Shown: positions 37,701-52,404, counted from the first letter of the stretch. The stretch is DNA of 64,000 bases from Eledone cirrhosa (GCA_964016885.1 OZ024740.1:313472001-313536000), one strand, 5' to 3'. The notes: generated by a model not told the origin, from the letters alone. Numbers and translations: made by a program.

Positions 37701-40621
37701 TGCTGGTGTCACAATAAAATACAAACAGTACACTCAGTAAAGTGGTACTGCTGGTGTCACAATAAAATACAAACAGTACACTCAGTAAAGTGGTACTGCT
37801 GGTGTCACAATAAAATACAAACAGTACACTCAGTAAAGTGGTAGTGTTGGTGTCACAATAAAATACAAACAGTACACTCAGTAAAGTGGTACTGCTGGTG
37901 TCACAATAAAATACACACAGTACACTCACTAAAGTGGTACTGCTGGTGTCACAATAAAATACAAACAGTACACTCAGTAAAGTGGTACTGCTGGTGTCAC
38001 AATAAAATACAAACAGTACACTCAGTAAAGTGGTACTGCTGGTGTCACAATAAAATACAAACAGTACACTCAGTAAAGTGGTAGTGTTGGTGTCACAATA
38101 AAATACAAACAGTACACTCAGTAAAGTGGTATTGCTGGTGTCACAATAAAATACAAACAGTACACTCAGTAAAGTGGTAGTGTTGGTGTCATAATAAAAT
38201 ACAAACAGTACACTCAGTAAAGTGGTACTGCTGGTGTCACAATAAAATACAAACAGTACACTCAGTAAAGTGGTACTGCTGGTGTCACAATAAAATACAA
38301 ACAGTACACTCAGTAAAGTGGTACTGCTGGTGTCACAATAAAATACAAACAGTACACTCAGTAAAGTGGTACTGCTGGTGTCACAATAAAATATAAACAG
38401 TACACTCCGTAAAGTGGTAGTGCTGGTGTCACAATAAAATACAAACAGTACACTCAGTAAAGTGGTACTGCTGGTGCACAATAAAATACAAACACTACAC
38501 TCAGTATAGTGGTAGTGCTGATGTCACAATAAAATACAAACAGTACACTCAGTAAAGTGGTACTGTTGGTGTCACAATAAAATATAAACAGTAAACTGAG
38601 TAAAGTGGTATTGCTGGTGTCACAATAAAATATAAACATTACACTCAGTAAAGTGGTACTGCTGGTGTCACAATAAAATACAAACAGTACACTCAGTAAA
38701 GTGGTACTGCTGGTTTCACAATAAAATACAAACACTATACTCAGTAAAGTGGTACTGCTGGTGTCACAATAAAATACAAACAGTACACTCAGTAAAATGG
38801 TAGTGCTGGTGTCACAATAAAATACAAACAGTACACTCAGTAAAGTGGTACTGCTGGTGTCACAATAAAATACAAACAGTACACTCAGTAAAGTGGTAGT
38901 GCTGGTGTCACAATAAAATATAAACAGTACACTCAGTAAAGTGGTACTGCTGGTGTCACAATAAAATACAAACAGTACACTCAGTAAAGTGGTAGTGCTG
39001 GTATCACAATAAAATATAAACAGTACACTCAGTAAAGTGGTACTGCTGGTGTCACAATAAAATACAAACAGTACACTCAGTAAAGTGGCACTGCTGGTGT
39101 CACAATAAAATACAAACAGTACACTCAGTAAAGTGGTAGTGCTGGCGTCACGATAAAATACAAACAGTACACTCAGTAAAGTGGTACTGCTGGTGTCACA
39201 ATAAAATACACCCAGTACACTCAGTAAAGTGGTAGTGCTGGTGTCACAATACAATATAAACAGTACACTCAGTAAAGTGGTAGTGCTGATGTCACAATAA
39301 AATACAAACAGTACACTCAGTAAAGTGGTAGTGCTGGCGTCACGATAAAATACAAACAGTACACTCAGTAAAGTGGTAGTGCTGGTGTCACAATAAAATA
39401 CAAACAGTACACTCAGTAAAGTGGTAGTGCTGGTGTCACAATAAAATACAAACAGTACACTCAGTAAAGTGGTAGTGCTGGCGTCACGATAAAATACAAA
39501 CAGTACACTCAGTAAAGTGGTAGTGCTGATGTCACAATAAAATACAAACAGTACACTCAGTAAAGTGGTAGTGCTGGCGTCACGATAAAATACAAACAGT
39601 ACACTCAGTAAAGTGGTAGTGCTGGTGTCACAATAAAATACAAACAGTACACTCAGTAAAGTGGTAGTGCTGGTGTCACAATAAAATACAAACAGTACAC
39701 TCAGTAAAGTGGTAGTGCTGGCGTCACAATAAAATACAAACAGTACACTCAGTAAAGTGGTAGTGCTGGCGTCACGATAAAATACAAACAGTACACTCAG
39801 TAAAGTGGTAGTGCTGATGTCACAATAAAATACAAACAGTACACTCAGTAAAGTGGTAGTGCTGGCGTCACGATAAAATACAAACAGTACACTCAGTAAA
39901 GTGGTAGTGCTGGTGTCACAATAAAATACAAACAGTACACTCAGTAAAGTGGTAGTGCTGGTGTCACAATAAAATACAAACAGTACACTCAGTAAAGTGG
40001 TAGTGCTGGCGTCACAATAAAATACAAACAGTACACTCAGTAAAGTGGTAGTGCTGGTGTCACAATAAAATACAAACAGTACACTCAGTAAAGTGGTAGT
40101 GCTGGTGTCACAATAAAATACAAACAGTACACTCAGTAAAGTGGTAGTGCTGGCGTCACGATAAAATACAAACAGTACACTCAGTAAAGTGGTAGTGCTG
40201 ATGTCACAATAAAATACAAACAGTACACTCAGTAAAGTGGTAGTGCTGGTGTCACAATAAAATACACACAGTACACTCAGTAAAGTGGTACTGCTGGTGT
40301 CACAATAAAATACACCCAGTACACTCAGTAAAGTGGTAGTGCTGGTGTCACAATAAAATACAAACAGTACACACAGTAAAGTGGTTGTGCTGGTGTCACA
40401 ATAAAATACAAACAGTACACTCAGTAAAGTGGTACTGCTGGTGTCACAATAAAATACACACAGTACACTCAGTAAAGTGGTACTGCTGGTGTCACAATAA
40501 AATACACCCAGTACACTCAGTAAAGTGGTAGTGCTGGTGTCACAATAAAATACAAACAGTACACTCAGTAAAGTGGTAGTGCTGGCGTCACGATAACATT
40601 CACCCAGTACATTTGTAAAGT
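34788..40621. repeat. 48-bp minisatellite (~121 units) with higher-order duplications, derived from a SINE
   Basis: Unit taaaatacaaacagtacactcagtaaagtggtactgctggtgtcacaa; diagnostic variants recur at 720 and 2015 bp. Confidence 0.97.
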
Positions 40622-40805
40622 GGTTGATGTTAGAAAGGGCATTCAGCTGTAGAAACCATGCGAAAGACAGAAATCATGAGCATGATGTGGTTCCCTGATC
40701 CGTCTAATTTCAGTTTGTACCAACCTGTCCAACCCATGCCAACAAGGAAAACAGAAAACTAGACATAAAAAAATAATCATAGGGATGATAGCGACGATGA
40801 TGATC
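40595..40805 (+). mobile_element. 3' part of an octopus-type SINE continuous with the minisatellite
   Basis: cacccagtaca..gtaaagtggttg..agggcattcagctgtagaaaccatgc..cctgtccaacccatgcc..(gat)n tail. Confidence 0.65.
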
Positions 40806-40939
40806 GTTGGTATACATGCGTGTTTATACGTTGAATATAGGTAGAATATGTGCATAGATATTTACAAAAGTTAAAAAAAAATTACTGACATAAATACCAA
40901 CGTATCCCACTTCTTCTGGAATGTAATCTACACCCCTCC

Positions 40940-40999
<60 letters not shown>

Positions 41000-41000
41000 G

Positions 41001-41052
<52 letters not shown>

Positions 41053-41085
41053 TATACATATCTATATATGCGCGCGCGCGCGCGC

Positions 41086-41122
<37 letters not shown>

Positions 41123-41904
41123 CAATAATACGTATATAGAGAGGGACCCACGCCGACACAGATATATTGGCGTGCTCACTCATATAATTATACATACGAT
41201 CGTAAAAAAATACACATGCAGAGACGCACGTATACACAAATAGAAACATGTATACAACACTCACATTTTCCAAGATCAGGGCTTTAGTTTCGCTTGTGTC
41301 ACATTCCAACGAACGTGAAGAAGGTATTTCGAGTGAGAGGTGTCAACTGTTTTAACCAGTGAACGTGTAAAATATGGATACAGATGAATACGTGACTAAA
41401 GAAATATATGTTAGTATTCAATATCTTTTCTTCTTTCCCATAAAGAAACATTTCCATGTTGACGTTATTTTTTCTGAAATATCAACTTGTCTTGTGAACA
41501 TTTATTTCCTATGTTAATGTTTCCGTGGTTAACAAGTAAAAATAACAGTATTGAAAAGTGAAGAAACAATATCTCTTACAATTGCACTTAGTATAACTTT
41601 ATAAAGCGGAAATCGAAAGAGAGAGAGAAAAAAAAAAAGAAAGAATAAATACAGGAGGGTGTTAAACTTTACCACTCTTAGTTGGACAATATGGCGAAAG
41701 TATTGCTGCGGAGAACAGCCAGTGATACCTGCTGCTTCCGCAAATCCACTTCATGGGACTCTTTCTTCAAACGAGATGCCCTTTTTTCGATTTAGTGGAG
41801 GAAAAATATCACATCGGGGCTCAAGGACCTTTTGCTCTTGATGGCAGCCGACACAAAAAGGAAACGGTTAATCAACTTCTGGGACTTTCATACGTATCTC
41901 TGAA

Positions 41905-42092
41905 TAATAATTGGTTCTACTTTTGACCCAAGGTTAGCAATTATCCCAGTGTATTACTGGTGCTTTATTTTATCGACCCCATAAGGATGAAAGGTAAAGT
42001 TAACTTCGGCGGGATTTGAACTCAGACCATAAAGGGACGTAACTCTTTGCTGCAAAGCATGGCGTCCGACCCTCTACCAATACTGCCAATCC
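41905..42092 (-). mobile_element. tRNA-derived SINE
   Basis: Family core and B-box. Confidence 0.8.
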
Positions 42093-42204
42093 ACAGACCA
42101 AGTCAGTAGTGAAGTGGAGCCACTGATCTCCCAGGCAAGCCAGAGAGAGTAATATTAAGGATAGAACATTCCACCTAATTTTCAGTAAAATGTGTTTTCT
42201 AGAA

Positions 42205-42566
42205 TACGAGGGTCGGCTGAAAAGTTCATAAGCTGAAACGTTAATAGGCTGACCAACTCTCATGGAATGACCAAATGTGGTTTATTTTTCAACATAGTCT
42301 CTTGGAAAGAAACAATGCAGTTATTAATAAGAAGAGTTGAAATTAATACATGCAAGATTACACAGCTCTAGCATCACCCCTTCATAGCCTGATGAAGACA
42401 CTCTCATGGAATAACTAAATGAGGTTTATTTTTCAACATAGTCTCCGGAAAGAAATAATGCAGTTATTAACAAAAAAAAAAAGTTGAAATTAATGCATGC
42501 AAGATTTCGCAGCCCTAGCATCACCTCTTCATTGTCAGCCTATGAATGTTTCAACCGACCCTCATA
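42205..42566. mobile_element. Mariner-derived MITE with internal duplication
   Basis: TA-cgagggtcggctgaaaagttcata / tatgaatgtttcaaccgaccctca-TA. Confidence 0.8.
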
Positions 42567-44528
42567 TATGCGGATATTTCCTCATATATGCCGTTATTTT
42601 CATGCACATATTTGGCATATGCTGCTAAATCTTGTCTCATATAAACTCCAGCCTTGAAACCAACTATCATTTCAGTATGAACCACAGAAGCTTCGAGACG
42701 CTGCTTCTTCAAAGGTCAAACGACAAATTAACTTTAATATTCACTTCCTCTGTCATTTGGTTTAAAGAAAAATCAAAATTTCATGCACATATATGTTTGT
42801 GTATGTGTGAATATGTACACGTGAGTGTATGCGTGTGAAAGTAAGAGTGTATGTGCATGTGTGCATATGTGTGCAAGTGTATGTGTATGTGTATGTGTAT
42901 ACATGTGTGTACATGCGTAAATGTGTAGATGGCATTGAAGAGTGTCGCTGATGATAGTATATTCTTATTAGAAATAGAAACGCATTTACATACACACCTA
43001 TACGGATATCTATTCACAGACATATATATACACGCAGACAGCTTATTCATTTATAGAATCTAGAGCAGAATTGGTATTCAGTTATAATATTCACTGACGA
43101 AGACCACAAACGTTTTCCTCCGAGAAATGGGGAAGATCTGGTGGTCTGTATCAGCAAAAAATATTCCATAGACAAATTTGTAGAAAAGTTTACTGAGTTA
43201 ATTCGAAATCTTCTGCAGAATATCATATTCTATCAACAGTATTGCTGTGTATGTGAAATATTCAAGATAGAAAAGCGGGAAAAAAAGCCGGTGCAACGTT
43301 TTACGTTTTTTTTTTTTAACAAACTCAATAATACTATTTAGAAACGCAATCTTACCACCTGAGTTCCGTTATTCCTCACTGTCCCTAACCAGAATCAGAG
43401 AATTAACTCAGTTGCTCTCCTCTAAAATACATAGTCGCATATTAATAGCAAATTTAAGTTTTTCCCCATTTTCTAAAATGATGCCTTATTTAAGATAGAA
43501 GTTGTGTGTCGAATAATGTCTAAAAATAACAATGTCTTGCCACCAAAAAGTATATCGTTTTGTAAATGTCATGAAATGTGATATTAACAGCTTCATACGC
43601 ATAGCTCTACATTTCTGGTGTCAAATTCCAACAAATGAAACCACAGTCTTCAATTTGTTTTGACAGATTGCTGCTGATATCAAAGCTGCAAATAGAATTC
43701 ATGTCAATAGAAATTAATTGTAATAAGGAGAGTTGAACAAGCTTTAGGAATCTCTTTACAGCTTTCATACAACGATTTATACGAAGATTGTGTCCAATGT
43801 TTCTGGATCATTCTTTAAAAACTCTTCAGAAACAAAACAGATTGAAATTATCTACTGTGATTCGTTGTTCCAGGGTTACGAGAATATTCACACGAGGACA
43901 AAATATTTCAAGATTTAACTAAGTTTCTGATTGTTTTCAAAGATAATTCTTCTTCAAAATATCTTTTAACGGCTCCTTCAGCTGCAAATTGGTTATTTTG
44001 GGAATGAAGTATAATCTTTCTGTGATTTTGGATCTTAAACAATGCAACAATTTCAGATAAATTTAGATTACCTATGAATGTAATAACGGCGTAAAGTCGA
44101 GTCCTGAAAAACCCCAGTGTCCCTGCTCCAGAAAACAACCGCTACTAATCGATGTTTTTCTTTAGAATCCAAGTCCCTAATGGGACCTAGATGAAAGATG
44201 GAAACACATTATAGCTACCAATGATGGAAAATAGAAACACTGTGACTTGGTCCTTAAAATTCTGCTGTTAGTAATGTGTTGCCACAACATTTACAGCTGG
44301 TTCTTAATTTATGTCTTTTTTCCTGAATAGCTATAGTTTATCCAGAAATTTCAAGAACAAAACTTTTATTAACACAAATATAATTGCCCATGTACTTTAT
44401 TGATGAGATATATATACACTTCGAAACGTATGTGTACAGATGATGATAATAATAAATAAAGACTCCTTACTAACATATTAGTAGTAGAAATAGTGTGTAT
44501 GTGTGTGTGTGTGTGTGTGTGAATGTGT

Positions 44529-44583
<55 letters not shown>

Positions 44584-45044
44584 GTGGTTAAACATGTGAA
44601 CAAGTTTCATATGTCAAAATATGGAGCACTAAATATGAAAATAGAGTTAGATATATATTTATGTTACATAATAAGTAAAAGAAGACAAAGTAGAATACAA
44701 AAAGTAAAAAAGTAAAATGGATGAAAGATCAAGAATTAATGAAAAGAAGAGAGAAATAAACACCATCGGTTTTAACGGTAATTACGTAAGTAGAGTAATG
44801 AAATAAATATATCGAGAATTAAGTTCTGTGAAAATCGAGGATCAGCCAGTCGTGCTTCTTGTAACACAATAGCCTGAATGTAACACAACCCTAACGTCTT
44901 GCAAACTATCTTTCTTTCTTCTTTGCTGTCAAATTCTATATCATACATCTGATATACGATACCGCCGGTTGTCTAATACATGACAAATCTACATACAACA
45001 ACACGATCAACAACAACAACAACACTATTATAATATAAATAAAT

Positions 45045-45715
45045 AATAATAACGATTTCTGATTTAGGCACAAGGCCAGTAATTTCTAGGGGAGGGGAAA
45101 GTCGATTAAATCGACCCCAGTACGTTACTGGTGCTTTGATGATAATAATAATGATTTCTACAATAGGCACAAGGCCAGTAATTTTGGGGGAGGGGAAAGT
45201 ACGTTACTGGTACTTTATTTTATCGACCCCGTAAAGATGAAAGGCAAAGTTAACCTCGGCGGGATTTGAACTCACACCGTAAAGAGCTATAACTCTATGC
45301 TGTAATGTATGGTCTCCAACTCTCTACCGATACTGCCAATCCACCGCCCTTTTGATGATAATGATAATAATAATAATTCTTTCTGATTTAGGCACAAACC
45401 CAGCAATTTGGGGTAGGGGAAAGTCGATTAAACTGTCCCCAGTGCATTACTGGTAATTTATTTTACCGAAGAAAGATTGGAATGAGATTTGATCATAGGT
45501 CTGCTAAATGAAGACTGACTAGGGCTTAATAATTGTTTCTACTTTTGGCACAAGGCCAGAAATTACCCAGTACATTACTAGTACTTTATTTTATCGACCC
45601 CGTAAGGATGAAAGGCAAAGTTAACCTCGGCGAGATTTGAACTCAAACTATAAATGGACATAACTATGCTAGAAAGCATGGCGTCCGATCCTCTACCGAT
45701 ACTGCCAAATGCCTT
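45045..45715 (-). mobile_element. Cluster of about four tRNA-SINE copies
   Basis: Repeated family core, same orientation. Confidence 0.8.
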
Positions 45716-45724
45716 CCACTACCT

Positions 45725-47250
45725 TAATAATAACAACAGTACGACAACGGCAATGAGGACGACGACGATGACGACGATGACGACGACAACGATGCCAGCC
45801 AAAAGAAATCCGAACAACAATCACAATACATTAAAGCTCGTAAATAACACAACAGAGAGAACAGCAATGGCACATGTCATAACAACAACAACGAGAACAA
45901 TGAAGCAGCCAAGAGGTACAACTAGTACGATTGAAACAACACTACTGCCAACAACATCAACACCACCAACACCAACAACAGCACCAACACCACCAACACC
46001 ACCAACATCACCAACACCACCAACACCACCAACACCAACAACAGCACCAACAGCACCAACACCAACAACACCAACAATAACACCACAAACTCCACCACCA
46101 CCAACACCACCAACATCACCAACACCACCAACACCAACAGCAGCACCAACACCACCAACACCACCAACACCACCAACACAAACAACACCACCACAAACTC
46201 CACCACCACCAACACCACAAACATCACCAATACCACCAACAACACCAGCACAAATTCCACCACCACCAACACCACCACCAACAACACCAACAACACCAAC
46301 ACCAACAGCAGCACCAACACCAACACCACCAACAACATTACTACCACCACCACAACCACCACCACCACCACCACCACCATCACCGCCACCCACATCACCA
46401 CCACCACCATCACCACCACCACCACCATCACCATCACCACCACCACCACCACCACCACCACCATCACCACTATTACCACCACCACCGCCACTATCACCAC
46501 CAACAGCATCACTATCACAAACAACACCACCATCACCACTACCTCCACCACCACCACTACCACCACCACTACCACCACCACCGCCACTACCACCACCACC
46601 AACAGCATCACTATCACAAACAACACCACCATCACCACCACCACCACCACCTCCACCACTACCACCACCACCAACAGCATCACTATCACAAACAACACCA
46701 CCATCACCACTACCGCCACCACTACAACCACCACCAACAGCATCACTATCACAAACAACACCACCATCACCACTACCACCACCACTACCACCACCACCAA
46801 CAGCATCACTATCACAAACACCACCACCATCACCACCACAACCAACACCAACAGCAGCAATAACAGCAACAACAATAACAACAATAGCAACAACAGCAAC
46901 AGAAACAGCAATAACAACAACAGGAAAACAACAATAGCAATAACAACAACAATAACAATAACAATGACAACAACAACAGCAACAACAACAACAGCAACAA
47001 CAACAATAGCAATGAAAACAATAAAAACAACAACAATAGCAATAACAATAGCAATAACAACAATAACAACAACAGCAACAACAACAATAGCAATAAGATC
47101 AACAATAATAACACCAATAACAACAACGACAACAGCATTAACAACAATAGCAAAAAAAAACACAAAGAAGACAATAAAAACAACAATAATAGCAATAACA
47201 ACAACATCAATAGCATTAATAACAACTAGCCAACATTTATAATAATAATA
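45725..47250. repeat. Low-complexity (ACC)n/(AAC)n/(AAT)n tract
   Basis: Direct reading. Confidence 0.9.
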
Positions 47251-47621
47251 AGGATGAAAAAATAAAGAATGAAACAGCCCCCCAAAAAAACAAACAAACA
47301 AAAAAGAAAAACAAAAAAAATGTGTATCAATGAAGAAGCTTTCTTCACCTCCCTCCCACCCCTGCCGGCGCTGTCATTCTTTACGTTAAGGGTGTCTGGT
47401 TAGTAGGTCCTAATTTTACTATCGTATAGCTTCATTGAGACAGCTGAATCCCAGAGGAATGCAGCTAACTATTTACATTAAACACCCACAAACGAGAAAT
47501 ACATACATATGCACATCACAGACAGATTCTCATATACATAAGCATAATGTAAACATGTAGAAAGGTGATACATGTTTACATGAATGTACGTATATATATA
47601 TATATGTGTGTACGTATATAT

Positions 47622-47664
<43 letters not shown>

Positions 47665-47731
47665 CGTTATTCCGGGTTGAATCGGAGGTAACCACAGTAA
47701 GTAAGGTACTCAATACATAGCAGAGTATAAC

Positions 47732-47847
47732 AGTTTTAATATGGATGAGATTCTACAGGACTAGAACTGTTTCATTCATTAGAAATCATCATGATGATTT
47801 CTAATGAATGAAACAGTTCTAGTCCTGTAGAATCTCATCTATATTAA

Positions 47848-47851
<4 letters not shown>
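47732..47851. repeat. 120-bp palindrome centred on an HHR core (tcatca|tgatga), with PLE-like tail 47665-47731
   Basis: Near-perfect arms; TGATGA tttc-taat-gaat GAAA ca GTT on both strands. Confidence 0.8.
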
Positions 47852-47926
<75 letters not shown>

Positions 47927-47976
47927 ATGTATGTATACATATATAACATATATATAATATAAATATATATATGATA

Positions 47977-48021
<45 letters not shown>

Positions 48022-48069
48022 CAAAATATTAATACATGGAGACATTTACATAATCAAAATATATATTTT

Positions 48070-48123
48070 ATCTGATGAGGACGTACTGCAAAAACAGCAC
48101 AGTACCTCCGAAATATATATAAT
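48070..48123 (+). ncRNA. Type I hammerhead ribozyme flanked by inverted arms (48018-48071 and 48121-48172)
   Basis: tat CTGATGA gga(c)gtactg..cagtac(c)tcc GAAA tatat ATA ata; palindromic stem III. Confidence 0.8.
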
Positions 48124-48277
48124 AAAACATATATTTTGATTATGTAAATGTCTCCATTTATTAATATTTTGAATAATATTAATAACTCCAACTTATTTGT
48201 TGAGTGCTTTTAATCTATTGTAAAACTATATTCATTGAGTAATCAATGAACCTTATTAACATTTGGTTATATGTATG

Positions 48278-48356
<79 letters not shown>

Positions 48357-48596
48357 AGATAAGCAGAACAAGTAAAATTCAACCAATTTTTCAAAATAAA
48401 TCAAAATTAATTTACAATTAAAATTAATCAAAATTAAAAAATATAATATAAATATTTACCTATTCAAACGGCCCTTCTGGTATATCAAAGTATTACCATA
48501 GAACCACCTTAAATCATAGACACCCTATGTATTTCTGGGGGTACATTGTACCCTCAGATATATTAACCATATATATATATATATATATATATATTA

Positions 48597-48638
<42 letters not shown>

Positions 48639-48755
48639 GGAAGAACTCCGATGCATCACTGATTTTTCGTTTTCCATTCTATCATACTCTGCTCCGTAGG
48701 AACATAGAGTGCTCAACCGGCATACTGCCTACAGACACATCTTAGCTACCATAAG

Positions 48756-48822
<67 letters not shown>

Positions 48823-49024
48823 GTGTGTGTGTGTATACATATATAACATATATATATATATATATTGTGTGTGTGTGTGTATACATATATAACATATATA
48901 TATATAATATAAATATATATATGATATATATATATCTATATATATATATATATGACATATATAAATACATAAACATATATATAATTATATATATATATAT
49001 ACAATATACATACATACACACTCA

Positions 49025-49084
<60 letters not shown>

Positions 49085-49087
49085 TAG

Positions 49088-49260
49088 ATAGTGGTAAGAG
49101 TGTTGGACTTACGATCATAATGTCGTGGGTACGATTCCTGGGTTGCGTGTTTTGAGCAAAACACTTCATTTCACGTTGCTCCAATATACTCAGCTGAAAA
49201 TGAGTACCAGTCTTGTACTCTCAGTTGCTACATGCAATGAAACCGGGATAAGCACCGACC
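49088..49260 (+). mobile_element. Second tRNA-derived SINE family
   Basis: gtggtaagagtg A-box-like, ggtacgattcc B-box-like, cacttcatttcacgttgctcca core. Confidence 0.6.
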
Positions 49261-49489
49261 AATATATATATATGTATATATAAAAAAGTGAAGAATAACA
49301 TGGTCAACAGTACAAACAAGGAGATTTATTTACAGTCTGACATGACTGTGATAGAGTTGTCTAAAAATTGCTAAACACTGAATATAGTGGCACTCAATTT
49401 AAAATACATGCAACCTCCATCATTTCATCGGAAACTATACAAAATATATGCGTAACGGTAAATTTATAAATTCGAATTACTGCATCAAT

Positions 49490-49661
49490 AATAATTGTTT
49501 CTACTTTTGGCACAAGGCCAGCAATTACCCAATGCATTACTGGTACTTTATTCTATCGACCCCGGAAGGATGAAAGGCAAAGTTAACCTCGGCGGGATTT
49601 GAACTCATCAATAATAATATTAATGATAAAGATATAGAGAGAAATAAACGAAGGGGGACAG

Positions 49662-49735
<74 letters not shown>

Positions 49736-49840
49736 CGAAGGAAATGTGGTAAGGAACCAGGTGGACCATAACACACCAAAGTACTCAATACTTAGAGTAG
49801 TAGAGTGGGTAATAGGAACAAGTAAGGGGTCTTACTTGTT

Positions 49841-49924
<84 letters not shown>

Positions 49925-51015
49925 TATATATATGTATATATATATAATTATATTCGTATGTATGTTTACATATATATGTATGATACCGAAATAGAACAAA
50001 AAGAAGATAGCTCAAAGGAACGCTTGTATGAGATTACATTTCAAAGTCGATGTGGAGTTTCCTGTATACGATAAATTATTAATTCATTAAAATCTACTTA
50101 GCGGGACAGAGAAGGTAAGCAATGACCTAACGGCAACTGATAGCAATTCTAGATGAGAAGAGGAGATAACTCGTGGGTGCATAGAACTTTAATGTAAATA
50201 CTGGGCAATAGCAGGATGGCTATTTTCACGTGAACAGTAATAATGTTTATGTTTTGAGAAACCAACTCCAGGAAACAGTTAGTCACTTTATCAACAACTA
50301 CCAATATAGTTTCTGATTTAGGCATAAGGCCAACAATTTTGTGGGAGCAGAACGTTGATTAAATCGGCCCCTTTGCGTTATCGCATTTTGTCAACCCAGT
50401 AAAGATGAAAGGCAAAGCTAACATCTGCAGAATTTGAACTCAGAACGTAAAGAGAAATATCTGTATGCATATTGTTCGATGCTCTACCGATACAGCCACT
50501 TTACCGCATTTATCAACTATCAATATAGCGAACATAGAAAACTAGATTCTGATCATATTCGTTAGAAAGCAAGAAAAGCAGAAAATTATACTACACAGCA
50601 CAGACTGCTTTTTAGCGACATCAGATTAAGAAATAGACGGAATCGAAAAACGCAGGAAAATCTGTACAAGCAAAGTTTTTTTTTTGCATGATTGCTTGCT
50701 GAGCTGAGAGAGAAAAAAACGTAAGAGGAATCAGATACAGTGTGTAACAAAGAGGATTATGCTGGTATGGACACGGCAATGGGTATGGAGATACTTATTC
50801 GATGAAGTGGATTGGCAGTATCGATAGAGCATCGGATAACATGCTTTCCGGCACATATAGTTACTGACTTTTACGTTCTGAGATCAAATCCCACTGAGGC
50901 TAGCTTTGACTTTCATCTTTATGGGGTCGATAAAATAAAGTACTGGAGTCGGTTTAATCGGCATTCCCCTTCCATTCAAAATAGCTGGCCCTCTACCAAA
51001 TGTAGAAACAATTAT
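49490..51015. mobile_element. Further SINE copies (49490-49608 minus, 50310-50510 minus, 50805-51015 plus)
   Basis: Family core and B-box. Confidence 0.7.
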
Positions 51016-51441
51016 TGGAATAAAGTGTCAGGTGACCTCAGTTGAAGAATGCTGCAAAAGGAAACTTGGGTGGAGGTGGTGAGAGCTGATCTTAAATCAA
51101 TGAACTTTGCACAGGAGATGGTGTTGCGAAAGCACTATACGTATTTCAAAGGCATAATTACATCATTCGATTATGATGCAAAATGTAGGCGATTTCATCA
51201 GGTGTGAATTGCAAAATTAGTTATATTAGATAACAGGATTGCGGCAGACACAAACAGAAGATAGAAATAGATTTGATTCGGGGATCGCTCGCCAATTCAA
51301 TGTTATGGGATGGTTTACCATGAATATTTAACTCCGTTTCTGCACTAGGATTTGTATAACGTCAAGGGCTTTAATTTATTGCATCATGGTTTACTAACCA
51401 GAATGACCAGTTCTACCCAACAAAAATGGTATAATTATAAT

Positions 51442-51515
<74 letters not shown>

Positions 51516-51884
51516 ATAACACACACAAATTTTGATACTTTACACAATAAACCTTAAAAAAACACGTTTATATATACACATGCACGTACACATAATATTG
51601 ACACTAATACACATATTTCACTTTGCGTTCCTAAATCGTTAGCAAGACAACCTAACGGTTTGTCTTGTCTACTCTCATTATATTCAATTTTTTATTACTT
51701 GAACTACCTTTTATTTTCTCTATCTATCCTTTGTGATCCTGTAGCTATCTTTTGTATGTACTCCGAAGAAGGGCTTAAGCCCGATACATTGAAATTTCTT
51801 TCCCATTTTCTATAAAAAGCGTGAAATCAATAAGACTTTTTATACCTCCGTTTTGTCGTTTTCTTAAACTATATATATATTAGA

Positions 51885-52404
51885 ATTAGAATTTAGCTTC
51901 GATCATAGCTGTATACATATATGTATTGGAATTTCGTATTTCTAAAGAAATACGGTATGTTTATAAATAAATATTTAGAAAATCGTAGCTATGCAAAAAC
52001 ACCGGCAGCTATTTATAAACATACCGTATTTCTTTAGAAATACGAAATTCAAATACATATTTGTATACAGCTATGTTCGAAGCTAAATTCTAATTATAAG
52101 TCAGGTTAAATTCTATTATAAGTTGAGCCAACTTATACAGCTTCATATGCAAATGAGATTAATCACCTCATTTACAGAGACGAAAAAACTATATATTTTC
52201 GCCCGTTTTCAAAGTCCGGCAGTTGCAAGAACGGGAGAGATCGTCCTGATGAGAACTAGTTGAGTTCGAAATGCATCGACGATTGTCCCCTTGCTTCTGC
52301 CGGGCACTGCCTGGTGGCGTTAGCTGCCAGTGTGTTATTCATAGCTATGGCTTTCTAAATGTTTATTTATAAACATACCATATTTTTTTAGAAATATGAA
52401 ATTC

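Noticed and set aside
34787-39254. 559-, 680- and 266-aa ORFs and a CRISPR-like regular array
   Set aside because: Stop-free frame of a 48-bp minisatellite; no unique spacers or cas genes; eukaryotic context
45654-47301. Proline-rich 427-aa and valine-rich 459-aa ORFs
   Set aside because: Translations of (ACC/AAC)n low complexity; the ATG lies in a SINE
51763-51790. ccgaaga-agggc-ttaa-gccc-gatac HHR-like motif
   Set aside because: Core mutated on both sides and no stem I; at most a dead relic
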